Assembly (NCBI GenBank): GCA_963837955.1
Contig: CAWIPH010000002.1
Location: forward strand, 3,264,001-3,328,000
Length of the DNA: 64,000 nt
From: an uncultured Verrucomicrobiae bacterium
GTDB lineage: Bacteria > Verrucomicrobiota > Verrucomicrobiia > Chthoniobacterales > JAFAMB01
Direction: 5' to 3'
The translations under genes and the position numbers were made by a program. Below are positions 11,571 through 21,396 of the stretch, in pieces (the first letter of the stretch is position 1; each line of letters starts with the position of its first letter). The notes under the pieces were generated by a model. That model was not told where the DNA came from. It did not search any database and saw nothing but the letters and a program-made list of their open reading frames with translations.

Positions 11571-12231
11571 CCTCCGACTTCCGTTGGCGGCGTTGCGGAT
11601 TTGTCCAAATCCACGCTTGGCAGCGAAAAGATTTCGGTGAGCTCCGGAAATCCGCGGCATTACGAAAACGGCTGCACCCTCGATTGGTTCAACCCTTTAG
11701 GATACGTTTCCATTTAGTATTCCCCCCTTTGTTTTGTCGTCTCGAGATTGTCCTCCGGACATCGTAAAGCCCGGTCGGCCGCCAGTCCGGTCCGTATTCC
11801 TTCGCACCAAGGCCAATTGCAGTCATTCCTAAGTGATATCAACTCCATGATCAGCTCCTTAAAATTAGTGGCATAAGTCAGTCACATCCTTGTCGCCGAA
11901 AACTACGAGAACCAGTATCCCTCTACTTCTCGAAACCAAGAAGGAGGATTTCTTTTCTCCGCTTTGACGGACGCTTTCACGTCTTATTCGATTATTTTTT
12001 TGCGAGTTTGTTCAAAGACGGAATCGGAAACCATCGTTTGCCTCCGCGAATTCTTTAAACCGCGAATGGACACAAAACGGGTCCTTGAGCAGCTCTAGTC
12101 AAGCGCGGTCCGAGCCCGGTGATCTAGAACCGGGCCGACAGAAAGTTTCTGTTTGGCTTAGGCTACCGGCTTCTCTAAAAAGGCGAGGCAGCAGACCGCA
12201 AACGATTTATCCGCCAAGATATTGCGCCCAG

Positions 12232-13283
12232 CTACGCATCAATCAGATCCCGCACACCACCGTGGGTGAAGGTTTTCACCATGGGCTTATCGAGAAAATC
12301 GTGCGGGAAACCGAGCTCGATCTGGCTCGCTTCATCTAATGCGCGAACCTCCTCCGCTGATAGCTTCAGATCCACGATGGCAACATTCGTTTCCAGCTGG
12401 TCCAGCCTCCGCGCACCCACGATTGGAATGACTGGCAACTTGCGATGTCGTAGCCACGCCAATGCGACCTGAGCCGGCGACAGCCCCGCTTGCTTCGCCA
12501 CCGTTCGCAGCGCATCAAGGACACGATTGGTACGCTCTCGATTATGAGCGAATTGCTGCATATCGGGGTTGTTGTCCATCCGACTTTTACCGTCATCGCT
12601 CTGAATCCCTTGTTCCGTCACTCGATATTTGCCACTCAGTAAACCGCCCGCCAGGGGGCTCCAGGCGGTCACGCTCATGCCGAATTCAGTAGCCATCGGA
12701 AGGAGTTCTCGCTCGGGGGTTCTCTCCAATAGACTGTACTCAATCTGTAACGCGACAAAAGGAGACCAGCCGCGCAGCTCGGCCAGGTATTGGCTTTGGC
12801 AATCCACCAGGCTGCAGCATCGGAAACTCCGACATAAAGGACCTTCCCTTGTCGCACCAGGTCATCAAAGCCGCGCATCACCTCTTCAGCCGGTGTGAGG
12901 CGATCCCAGATGTGCATCCAGTAAAGGTCTATATAGTCGGTCTTTAGCCGTTTAAGGCTGGCTTCGACCGACTGCATCATGCTCTTGCGATGATTGCCTG
13001 CCGCATTGGGATCCTTGCCAGGCAGGGCGTTGGTGAACTTGGTCGCAAGGACGACCTCGGCCCGATGTCCCTGCATAAATTCGCCGAGGAGCAGTTCACT
13101 TGTCCCGTTCGTGTAAACATTGGCGGTATCGATGAAATTTCCGCCCAATTCCCGAAAGTGATCGTAAATCCCACGGCTCTCTTCCTTCGACGAGCCCCAA
13201 CCCCAATCCTCGCCAAACGTCATGGTGCCCAAACAGATTTCAGAAACTCGCAACCCACTTCCTCCAAGTAGTTGGTATCGCAT
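12232..13283 (-). CDS. Aldo/keto reductase; one-base deletion near 12790
   Basis: GLRVSEICLGTMTFG, FIDTANVY, LATK, DYIDLYWMH; continues in another frame as LAELRGWSPF..QIEYSL, WSPLAGG, PIVGAR. Confidence 0.9.
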
Positions 13284-13421
13284 AGTAACGTTTAAACTTA
13301 CTCAGCGAAGATTAGTCCGCAGGCAAAAGAAAGTAGCCGGATCTTTTAGCTCCGGAACCAAGCCCGGGATAGTGCTGTAAACGGGGCGACCCGTTGCGGA
13401 GGCGGAGCATCCGCCTACCTT

Positions 13422-14147
13422 CTAAAGGTCTTGCGTTCGCGGCAACATGACCAGATCGCGAATGGTCACGTTTGATGGTCGCGTCAACATGAACAGGACT
13501 GCTTCGGCCACGTCTTCCGATCGCAAGCCTTCACCAGCTTCCGCCCGGCGATCGATCTCCTCCTCATCTTGAATGCCCCATAGTTCGTTCAAGACCATAC
13601 CAGGCGCGACTGCTCCAACCCGGATCCCTTTTTTTAGCAGCTGCCGTCGGAGACCATGAACAAATGATTGGACGGCGTGTTTGGAGGCGCTATACACCGG
13701 CTCCCAGTGAATAGCTTGATGTCCGGAGATTGAACTGCAGACAATAATATCTCCACTCCCCTGGGCCAGCATAGCCGGCAATACCGCGTGGACGGTATTC
13801 ATCACGCCTTTCACATTGACGTCGATCAATTGAGACCAAGCGTCCGGCAGACCATCCGCAACGTTACCAGAAAGGTAGAGCCCGGCGTTGGCGAATACAC
13901 CATCGAGCTTCCCGCAATGCTGAAGCGCCGCGTTCACCATATTTTTCACCGAGTCAATCGAGGTAACATCGCAAGCTACCGGGAACGCCTCGATTTCTTT
14001 TCCCAGCGACTGAAGTTTGTCGAAAGAACGAGCGGCAACAATCAACCGCGCGCCGCTGGCCGCCAGTAGCTTGGCCGTGGCTTTACCGATGCCGGAACTT
14101 GCCCCAGTGACCAGGATAGATCTGCCGACTAAACTTTGGGGAGACAT
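13422..14147 (-). CDS. SDR oxidoreductase, ribitol dehydrogenase-like
   Basis: TGASSGIG, ANAG, YSASK catalytic motif, WEPVY and RPSNVTIRDLV as in RbtD-like enzymes. Confidence 0.88.
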   Translation of the reverse strand: MSPQSLVGRSILVTGASSGIGKATAKLLAASGARLIVAARSFDKLQSLGKEIEAFPVACDVTSIDSVKNMVNAALQHCGKLDGVFANAGLYLSGNVADGLPDAWSQLIDVNVKGVMNTVHAVLPAMLAQGSGDIIVCSSISGHQAIHWEPVYSASKHAVQSFVHGLRRQLLKKGIRVGAVAPGMVLNELWGIQDEEEIDRRAEAGEGLRSEDVAEAVLFMLTRPSNVTIRDLVMLPRTQDL

Positions 14148-14207
14148 GGCCCATTCTATTACAGCGTATCGGATATATCGAGGAGACGATTGATGACCGA
14201 CATGCTT

Positions 14208-14254
14208 TCCCGGGGGCTAAACCCCCCGGACCTCCTGGCGCCCCTCCGGGGCGG
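14208..14254. repeat. REP-like GC hairpins (ccgggggctaaacccccgg; cgcccctccggggcg)
   Basis: Two adjacent inverted repeats; related motifs near 21302, 54350 and 62176. Confidence 0.5.
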
Positions 14255-14270
14255 AGAACCGGTGCTGGTC

Positions 14271-14579
14271 TTACGACTTTCGGGCAACAACACTAGTAAC
14301 ATCGTAGTGCCGCATTTCCTGAATATATGGCACGTAGGGCGCAATCTCCTGATAAAAGCGCTTGAACTCTGGGCTAGAACGAAACCCTTGCAGATGGCCT
14401 TCATGCGAGTCCCATTCAATTCGTAGAATATAAACGTTTGGATCGTCGGTGCAGCGAGCCAATTCGTAAGCGAGGCAATGAGGTGATTCATTCAACGGCT
14501 CGCTGGCTCGCTGGTAGGCTTGCTGCAGCGTTTCATTCTTGTCGGAGGGAACTTGATAACGGATGTACTCGGCAATCAT
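14271..14579 (-). CDS. Antibiotic biosynthesis monooxygenase (ABM) family protein
   Basis: IAEYIRY..SPHCLAYELARC..YILRIEWDSHEGHLQGFR..IQEMRHY. Confidence 0.82.
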   Translation of the reverse strand: MIAEYIRYQVPSDKNETLQQAYQRASEPLNESPHCLAYELARCTDDPNVYILRIEWDSHEGHLQGFRSSPEFKRFYQEIAPYVPYIQEMRHYDVTSVVARKS

Positions 14580-14677
14580 AAATGGAATTCGCTTCTGCCG
14601 GCGACCCTACCAACCCGCCTCTCACTGGCAAGTCCCCACTATTTTGTGCCATACTTACCGCTTCGACACTGTTGCCT

Positions 14678-15031
14678 ATGCGCTTGAAAGATTGCCCGGT
14701 AGCTCGAACCCTCAGACTAATGAATGGAAAGTGGAAGCCGAGCATTCTATTTGAGTTGAAGGATTCCAGAATTCGTCCCGGAGAACTTGCTCGGCGGATA
14801 CCGGAAGCGAGTGCCAAAGTGCTGACTCAACAGCTTAAGGAGCTGGAGGAAGATGGCTTGGTCCGCCGTCGCGTCTACCGGGAAGTGCCGCCCAGGGTTG
14901 AATATTCGTTAACCAGCTTTGGCGACTCGCTTCGGCCGGTGCTGCAGGCCATCGCGGATTGGGGCGAGAAGAATAAGATCAGGTCGAGCAGGAGACGAAT
15001 CCGCGCAGGCTTAGCCGGAAAGCATACCTAG
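14678..15031 (+). CDS. HxlR-family winged-helix regulator
   Basis: CPVARTL..GKWK, KVLTQQLKELEEDGLV, VPPRVEYSLT; divergent from the ABM gene. Confidence 0.9.
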   Translation: MRLKDCPVARTLRLMNGKWKPSILFELKDSRIRPGELARRIPEASAKVLTQQLKELEEDGLVRRRVYREVPPRVEYSLTSFGDSLRPVLQAIADWGEKNKIRSSRRRIRAGLAGKHT

Positions 15032-15088
15032 TCAGAGAGTTTCTGCACTTATCTTTGACCGGGAGCCAGCATCCTCGTACAAATTCGG

Positions 15089-15820
15089 ATGATCGTGCAG
15101 GCCTGCCTGAACGGCGCGCACCCACCGAACTATCATCCGCACCTGCCTGTAACCATCCAGGCCATCGTCGAGGATGGCTGCAGGGTTGTGGCCGCCGGCG
15201 CAAACGAGTTGCACGTTCACGTTCGTGACCAGACCGGGCTTGAGAGCCTGCACCCGGATTGCGTCGATGCAACGATAACAGATTTGAAAGCTCAGCTTCC
15301 CGGCACGCTGATCGGGATCAGCACGGGCGAATGGATAGAGAAAGATGATGATCGCTTGTTGACTTATGTAGGGCGTTGGCGTGCCTTGCCCGACTACGCC
15401 TCCGTAAACTTGAGCGAGAAAAACGCTCCGGCCCTAATCGAAAGACTTCACCGAGTGGGCATAGGTATCGAGGCTGGACTGGCAGGGGCCAGCGATGCAG
15501 AGCGCCTGCTCGCGCTCGATCTTGAGCAGTTTGCTTTGCGCATACTTGTGGAAGTGAGCGAGCAAGAGCTCCCTCATGCCCTGGCGATCACAGATGAAAT
15601 TCTTTCAGTGCTCAGACGATCGAGTGCTCGAAAACCGATTCTCATGCATGGCGCAAATGCTTCGGCATGGCCGTTGCTCCAGCGCGCGATCAAATCTGGG
15701 TTTTCCACCCGGATCGGCCTCGAAGATGTGTCGATCCTACCAGATGGATCGACGGCCAAATCCAATGCCGACTTAGTCGCGGCGGCTCTTCGCTTGGCTC
15801 GATCATCTGCCACCGCTTGA
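15089..15820 (+). CDS. Beta-keto acid cleavage enzyme (DUF849/Kce family)
   Basis: QACLNGA, HVHVRD, ISTG, ASVN, GIEAG, RIGLED. Confidence 0.87.
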   Translation: MIVQACLNGAHPPNYHPHLPVTIQAIVEDGCRVVAAGANELHVHVRDQTGLESLHPDCVDATITDLKAQLPGTLIGISTGEWIEKDDDRLLTYVGRWRALPDYASVNLSEKNAPALIERLHRVGIGIEAGLAGASDAERLLALDLEQFALRILVEVSEQELPHALAITDEILSVLRRSSARKPILMHGANASAWPLLQRAIKSGFSTRIGLEDVSILPDGSTAKSNADLVAAALRLARSSATA

Positions 15821-15838
15821 CCAAGATACAGACTGCCT

Positions 15839-16933
15839 ATGAAAATCCGAATCGGTACCCGGTTGGTACGAGCTTCTTGGGTCTGGTGGGCTCTGCCTGT
15901 GCTTTTCTTGGCAACACCGGCGAGAGCAAATACTTCTCAGTTCGTCCGAAGCGATTTTCACGTGGTGACCAACGATGGACTCCAAATAGCCGTTCGTGAA
16001 GTAAGACGCTCGGGAGGTGAGGTAAACAAAATGCCACCCGTTATTCTGGTCCATGGCGCTCGGGTCCCCGGGATTGCATCGTTCGATCTCCCGGTGCCGG
16101 GAGGATCGTTGGCCGAAGATCTAACGAGGCGGGGCTCCGTCATTTACGTGATGGACGCAAGAGGCTATGGCAACTCTACCAGGCCCAAAGCGATGGATCA
16201 GCCCGCAGAAGAAAATCGGCCGCTGTCCCGCGCTTATGAGGTTGTGCGCGATATTGCTGCAGTAGTCCGCGAGGTTCAACATCGGAACAGCACCGACCAA
16301 GTCGCTCTTTTCGGATGGGCAACCGGAGCTATGTGGTGCGGCATGTATGCCTCGGAGTATCCCGAAACGATTAGTTATTTGATTCTTCTAAACGGCTTAT
16401 ACGGTGGATCGACCGAACATCCAATGCTTGGTCACGGGTCTGCCAGCGAAGATCCTGAGCGTCCGGGCAGGTTCAATGAGAAAAGGGCCGGTGCGTATTC
16501 GATGGCGGATGCGCACTCGCTGATTGCCCGATGGGACGCGTCCATTTCTGAGCAAGACAAATCGTTGTGGAGAGATCCCGCGGTTGCTCAAGCCTACCAA
16601 GACGCAGCTTTGGCGAGCGATCCGACCTCTTTTTCCCGCCATCCAGCAAGTTTGCGTGCTCCTAATGGTGCCCTTGAAGACAGTTTTTATCAAGCCATTG
16701 GCCGGCAGCTTTACGATGGATCCTCGATTCTGAGCAACGTGCTGATCATTCGTTCGGAAAACGACTTTTGGAGCCGAACCGCAGACGTCGAGACCCTGGC
16801 CAGCCATTTGATTAACGCTAAACAGGTACGCGTTCTTACCTTACCGCAAGCAACCCATTTTGTTCACCTGGACCGGGCCGAAAGAGGACGCGCGACCTTG
16901 ATTAGCGCCATCTTGGACTTTCTTTCCAAATAA
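15839..16933 (+). CDS. Secreted alpha/beta-fold hydrolase-like protein
   Basis: Signal peptide (ARA), ILVHGA, DARGYGNS, GWATG at the nucleophile elbow, ATHFVH. Confidence 0.8.
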   Translation: MKIRIGTRLVRASWVWWALPVLFLATPARANTSQFVRSDFHVVTNDGLQIAVREVRRSGGEVNKMPPVILVHGARVPGIASFDLPVPGGSLAEDLTRRGSVIYVMDARGYGNSTRPKAMDQPAEENRPLSRAYEVVRDIAAVVREVQHRNSTDQVALFGWATGAMWCGMYASEYPETISYLILLNGLYGGSTEHPMLGHGSASEDPERPGRFNEKRAGAYSMADAHSLIARWDASISEQDKSLWRDPAVAQAYQDAALASDPTSFSRHPASLRAPNGALEDSFYQAIGRQLYDGSSILSNVLIIRSENDFWSRTADVETLASHLINAKQVRVLTLPQATHFVHLDRAERGRATLISAILDFLSK

Positions 16934-17026
16934 AGGCGCAAGTAAGCATCTGTAACGCGTCACTTCTTCGAACCGTAATTAGATAGTGGGCCTATCCGTA
17001 CATGGTCTGGTACTCGGAGATCCAAA

Positions 17027-17110
17027 ATGGATACGTACATTGCGTTGACAATCATTTTGCTTGCGCTGATCGGCATTTGGCTGCGGCACAAACCGCGGCC
17101 GCGGCATTGA
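17027..17110 (+). CDS. Putative 27-aa single-pass membrane peptide MDTYIALTIILLALIGIWLRHKPRPRH
   Basis: GGAGA RBS 6 nt upstream; hydrophobic helix followed by a basic tail. Confidence 0.5.
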   Translation: MDTYIALTIILLALIGIWLRHKPRPRH

Positions 17111-17246
17111 ACCCCCGAGTTTACGCAGAACAGCCCAGCCTCGACCCTGTCTAGGAGACGGATCGTTGCCTACCCCATTACCGTGAGCCGGCGCATTTTT
17201 GAGGATCCTCTCCACCCCGGCATGCTCAACCCACTCGGGTCATGAG

Positions 17247-19673
17247 TCAGAATCTTATTTTGAATGTGGCCGAGACGTGGAATGGCATCTGTTGAAGGAT
17301 TGCGTCATTTCCGGTAAACGTCGGGTCGATCACGGTGAAGTTCCGCTCGTTGGTGAAGTTGAAGAAGTTCACCTGCACTTCCCAACAAGGCTGCCGATAG
17401 AAGACTTCTGCATTCCAGGTCACCTGAGCGGGAATCTTAAGAGTGCCGCTTAAGTTCGCTTTTTGCTCACCGGTGACTTGTGGTCCAATACCAAAACCAA
17501 GGCCCCAGGGAGTCTTGTAGATTGCGTAGGCGTTGAAATAAATTTTCGGTGTACCAGGCAACGAATAGTTCCCCGTCGGAAAGGTATGAAAGTTTGGGCT
17601 GCCCACGCCGGTTCCGGGTTTGCCATCAACGATAAAGCCGCGCGGGAAAGCATCCAGATAATTACCCGTCTGTTCGAAGGCCGAGCTGATCTGATGATAG
17701 TTGGCTAGCAGATAAGTGAAGTTGCTGACAAAGCTGAATTGTTTGGTCGGCTGGTAATCAAGATCTACCTCCAGACCACGCGAATCAACCTCCGCTCGCT
17801 GTCCGGTAGTGTTGGTTGGGGCCTCAATCCGGGTTTGGTAGAAACCGTCGATGTTGAAGAAGAGCGCTTGCTTGAACAAGGAGACTTTGTATCCGGCCTC
17901 GTACAGCTGGCTCAAGTTATCAAGTAATCCGGAATTGACGGAATGGTTATGCCCGGCCGCATCGTTGTTCGTGGCGTAAACGATCAATCCGCCGAAATTT
18001 GAATCACCCTGGAAACCATTGGTCCGATTATAGGTAACATAGAAAGAGGAGTCTTGGGTCGGTTTCAAAATCAAACTGCCGAAGACCGACCAATTAAATA
18101 CTCGCGCGCCGCTTCCGAGATCGCTTCCGCTGTACCCGATCAGATCCCCCTTCGGAAGTCTTGACTCGCCGTCAACGTAATCGCCACGAACTCCGACCAG
18201 CGAACTGAGGTATTTCGTCCAATCCGTCTGATGCTGATAAAAGATTCCAAGATCATAGACTTGATACTCTCCGGTACCTCCTGCGGTGAAGAAAGGCGCA
18301 CCGTCGTTAATTCCGGCGCTGTAACCCGGATGTCCCTTGATCTGATAACCCCCGAATGCTCCACCTGCACCGATTGATGGCGGTGAGCCGAGTCCAATAT
18401 TCGCTATATTGAAGGTGTTCGGATTCTGTTTCAGATCGTAAGCTGCATACGGTTCAATCGTGAAATCGGAAAACGTTTTCCCCCATTGTGCTCGGAAAGA
18501 GACGCCCGCAATGTCGTTATTCTTTACGGTGCTCTGGAACAAACAAAAATCGTAATCGTGATGCAGTTCCGTCCGGGTATCATACAAGCTCACGCCCGGC
18601 ACCCACTCGTCATATCCGTAGAGTTCGCTCTTTTGGGATTTCAAATGTTCGTAAAACTGATAGTTAACAATCTTCCAGTCCGGTGCCAGGGTCACAGTGG
18701 TAATGAGCTGCAGTGACAATTTGTTACCGCGAGCACTGTCAGCCGGTCCATTCAGTGACTGGTAGCCGTAAATCTTCTTGGTGCCGGTCGGCGTTACCAA
18801 ACCCAGGAAACTACCGTTAGCGAACGGAGCGTAAGGACCGGTGATATACGATCCGTTATCGATCAACGCTTGGGTCGGCCGGTTGAAGCCGTTCACCTCG
18901 TTATCTCGAATCTCATAATATTGCCCGTAAAACTGCATCGTTAACCAGGGAGTCGGAATCCAGGTCAATGCTCCATAGATGTCTTGTTTATCGTCGCGGG
19001 TATTTCGGTAGTAGGTGGTCCCGTCTGTGCCTTCATAGGAGACACGGTAAGCGAGTTGATTCGGAATCAACGGACCAGTACTATCAACTGTCCATTCGTA
19101 GTGGTGCCAGGATTGCCCTCCGCCAGCGACATCACCAATCGTAGTTTCCAGTTGCTCATGGTATCCGTCAAACTGGGGAGCCTTCGTAATAAAGTTTACA
19201 TATCCACCCAAACCACCGCCGGACGGGCCGTAGATGGCTGTCCCCGGACCTTTCAGGATGTCGAGTGACTCCATCTGGTTGAAGCTCGGAACAACGCTAT
19301 TCCGGTAGAAGATCTCGCGTTGTCCGTTCTGAAAAAGTTCCGCATAGATACCGCGGATATAGGGGATTCCATCCAAACCGTATTCGGCAGGGGTATAGGT
19401 ACCGGACGAGAATTGGCCGAGATCTTGCACCGAGAAGATCTGCCGGTCTTCGAGTTGCGCACGAGTAACGATGTTGACCGAGCGCGGCGTGTCGACGATG
19501 CCCATATCCTGGCCAAACACTGAACTAATCGGACGAGCGGTCGGGACAACCTGGTCTTCCGGCGGCACCGCGGTAACCGTGATCTGACTCAGTTGCCCTT
19601 GGTCGCTACCAGAGGCGGGCGATGGCGAAGGGGTTTGGGCTTTGAGCAGCGCAGATCCCGCAGCTAGACACAC
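17247..19673 (-). CDS. TonB-dependent receptor
   Basis: ITVTA TonB box, DTPRSVNIVT, ILKGPG..YG..GGYVNFITK plug motif, C-terminal KIRF. The true start may be the out-of-frame ATG at 19735. Confidence 0.9.
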   Translation of the reverse strand: MCLAAGSALLKAQTPSPSPASGSDQGQLSQITVTAVPPEDQVVPTARPISSVFGQDMGIVDTPRSVNIVTRAQLEDRQIFSVQDLGQFSSGTYTPAEYGLDGIPYIRGIYAELFQNGQREIFYRNSVVPSFNQMESLDILKGPGTAIYGPSGGGLGGYVNFITKAPQFDGYHEQLETTIGDVAGGGQSWHHYEWTVDSTGPLIPNQLAYRVSYEGTDGTTYYRNTRDDKQDIYGALTWIPTPWLTMQFYGQYYEIRDNEVNGFNRPTQALIDNGSYITGPYAPFANGSFLGLVTPTGTKKIYGYQSLNGPADSARGNKLSLQLITTVTLAPDWKIVNYQFYEHLKSQKSELYGYDEWVPGVSLYDTRTELHHDYDFCLFQSTVKNNDIAGVSFRAQWGKTFSDFTIEPYAAYDLKQNPNTFNIANIGLGSPPSIGAGGAFGGYQIKGHPGYSAGINDGAPFFTAGGTGEYQVYDLGIFYQHQTDWTKYLSSLVGVRGDYVDGESRLPKGDLIGYSGSDLGSGARVFNWSVFGSLILKPTQDSSFYVTYNRTNGFQGDSNFGGLIVYATNNDAAGHNHSVNSGLLDNLSQLYEAGYKVSLFKQALFFNIDGFYQTRIEAPTNTTGQRAEVDSRGLEVDLDYQPTKQFSFVSNFTYLLANYHQISSAFEQTGNYLDAFPRGFIVDGKPGTGVGSPNFHTFPTGNYSLPGTPKIYFNAYAIYKTPWGLGFGIGPQVTGEQKANLSGTLKIPAQVTWNAEVFYRQPCWEVQVNFFNFTNERNFTVIDPTFTGNDAILQQMPFHVSATFKIRF

Positions 19674-19843
19674 AATACTGACGTAGCGAGTGAAGTTCTT
19701 GGCAGAGAGACCCGAATTCCCGGAAAAGATAGCATAGTTAATTAAGCAAGAATTTTCGTTCCGGACGGCATTATGACTAGGAACGAAAGAGATCGTCTAA
19801 TACCAAGAAAGTTGGTAAAAGCTTACTTCGAAGTTGGTAAATT

Positions 19844-20184
19844 CGGTAGGGACGCGCGTCCGCTTTCTCCATCACGACGCAAGCTTCAGTGCCGCGTCGC
19901 GTGGCAGATCCCGCGGTTCGCGGTCCGACAGGAGCCGGACCCTACCGGTCATGGGCTCCACCAAATCGTCGGTAGGGACGCGCTCCCGCGCGTCCGCTTT
20001 CTCCATCACGACGCAAGCTTCAGTGCCACGTCGCGTGGCAGATCCCGCGGTTCGCGGTCCGACAGGAGCCGGAGACCCTACCGGTCGTGGGTTCTGCCAA
20101 ATCGTCGGTAGGAATGAATTCCTGCGCGTCCGTTGCAGGCGGCGGTACTCCCGATTCGCGGCCTGGCAGCAGCCCGACCTATCG
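19844..20184. repeat. Tandem GTAG-type REP-like elements (2 near-identical ~126-136 bp units + 1 degenerate)
   Basis: Units start cggtagg at 19844, 19970 and 20106 and end ccctaccg/cctatcg; the inner sequence is almost identical in units 1 and 2. Confidence 0.85.
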
Positions 20185-20190
20185 ACACCT

Positions 20191-20634
20191 CTATTTTTTC
20201 CCCTCGGATCGATCCAACCGCTGGACCGTGGGCTCTTTGCCTTCCAACTTCGCAGTGTACGCAGATATGAAGGCGTACGGGTAGGTTTGAACTAGCTGAA
20301 CCTCGGCCGGAAATGATTTGTTTCCATAGGCCGAGACATCGATGACCGTTTGCAGGTTTAATTTATCCTTGTGCTGTTGCACCAGATTCCAAAGTGATAC
20401 GGCATCCTCAGTACCAGCAATCGCGGGATCTCCTGAGAGACTCCAAGTCATTTCTTTTACGTACTGGCGCGCCAGTGCGTCGTCCTGATCAATCGGTCGC
20501 GGACCACCGATCTCCTCGGCGTCAACTACCCGTTGCTTAAAGGGCGTTGGCGTCGGGCTCGCGTCTTGAGCCAAGCCGAACGAACAAAAGCAAACGAGGA
20601 AGAACAATTCACAGGAAAGCAGGAACTGGTTCAT
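20191..20634 (-). CDS. Hypothetical secreted protein
   Basis: Signal peptide ..FGLA-QD followed by a SPTPTP linker. Confidence 0.7.
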   Translation of the reverse strand: MNQFLLSCELFFLVCFCSFGLAQDASPTPTPFKQRVVDAEEIGGPRPIDQDDALARQYVKEMTWSLSGDPAIAGTEDAVSLWNLVQQHKDKLNLQTVIDVSAYGNKSFPAEVQLVQTYPYAFISAYTAKLEGKEPTVQRLDRSEGKK

Positions 20635-20702
20635 CCGACTTTATCTTTTTTACCATCGAACCTCTGAGTATTCCAAGCAGCGCTCAAAGGGACGCTGAAA
20701 AT

Positions 20703-21071
20703 TCAGGACTCGGACCGAAAAAAGAATCGACTGAACAACGACCGATTCGTGGCGACGATCCGATACACAAGCTCCACCAACCAGATAAAAGGCGGAACCG
20801 ACAGGAGTCGGGCGATTGGTCCCCATCCTTCGCGTTCGAGAATGAAAAGAGTCGCTCGTCCACCCCGACGAATTGAGCCCTCTCGGTCGATCACGTGGAC
20901 GGCCTCGCTGCATGCTCGATACAGCTCCGCCGTCATTGGAGGAGAAGGAGCCTCCTGGTACCTGACAAACTGAAAATGGTGTTGCCGATCATGCCGCTTA
21001 AGCCAGGCGATTGCACGTGCGCAGAACCCACAGTCACCGTCCCAAAGCACCAGATAGGCGTTTGATTGCAT
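20703..21071 (-). CDS. DCC1-like thiol-disulfide oxidoreductase (DUF393)
   Basis: LWDGDCGFC (DxxCxxC), YRIVATNR. Confidence 0.87.
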   Translation of the reverse strand: MQSNAYLVLWDGDCGFCARAIAWLKRHDRQHHFQFVRYQEAPSPPMTAELYRACSEAVHVIDREGSIRRGGRATLFILEREGWGPIARLLSVPPFIWLVELVYRIVATNRSLFSRFFFRSES

Positions 21072-21396
21072 CCTGCTCAAGTTTACCTCCGCATCGAGGA
21101 AATTTCATCTGCTCTCGATCAGCACGGAGGGCGCGCACGCGACTCGCGCAAAGCCTGCGTCGCGGCCGACTCGAGCGCTTTGCTCAGAACTTGTCTCCCG
21201 GGCGCGCCGTAGTTTTACGACGCCGCGGCTCGTCCGACATGGCCTTTTGGAAATCTGCTGCAGAATGCTGGGCGCGACGCATCAAAAGCTATGTCGCCTC
21301 CCCGCCCAGGATTTCAGCCCCGGGGATTAAGGGTCAGCGGATTTTAGAAGAGCGAAGCGTTCCGGTCCGCTGGGGCGCACGAACACCCGTTTGCGT

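Noticed and set aside
19773..20295. ORFs with internal repeats (112 aa, 153 aa)
   Set aside because: They are translations of the REP-like tandem repeat.
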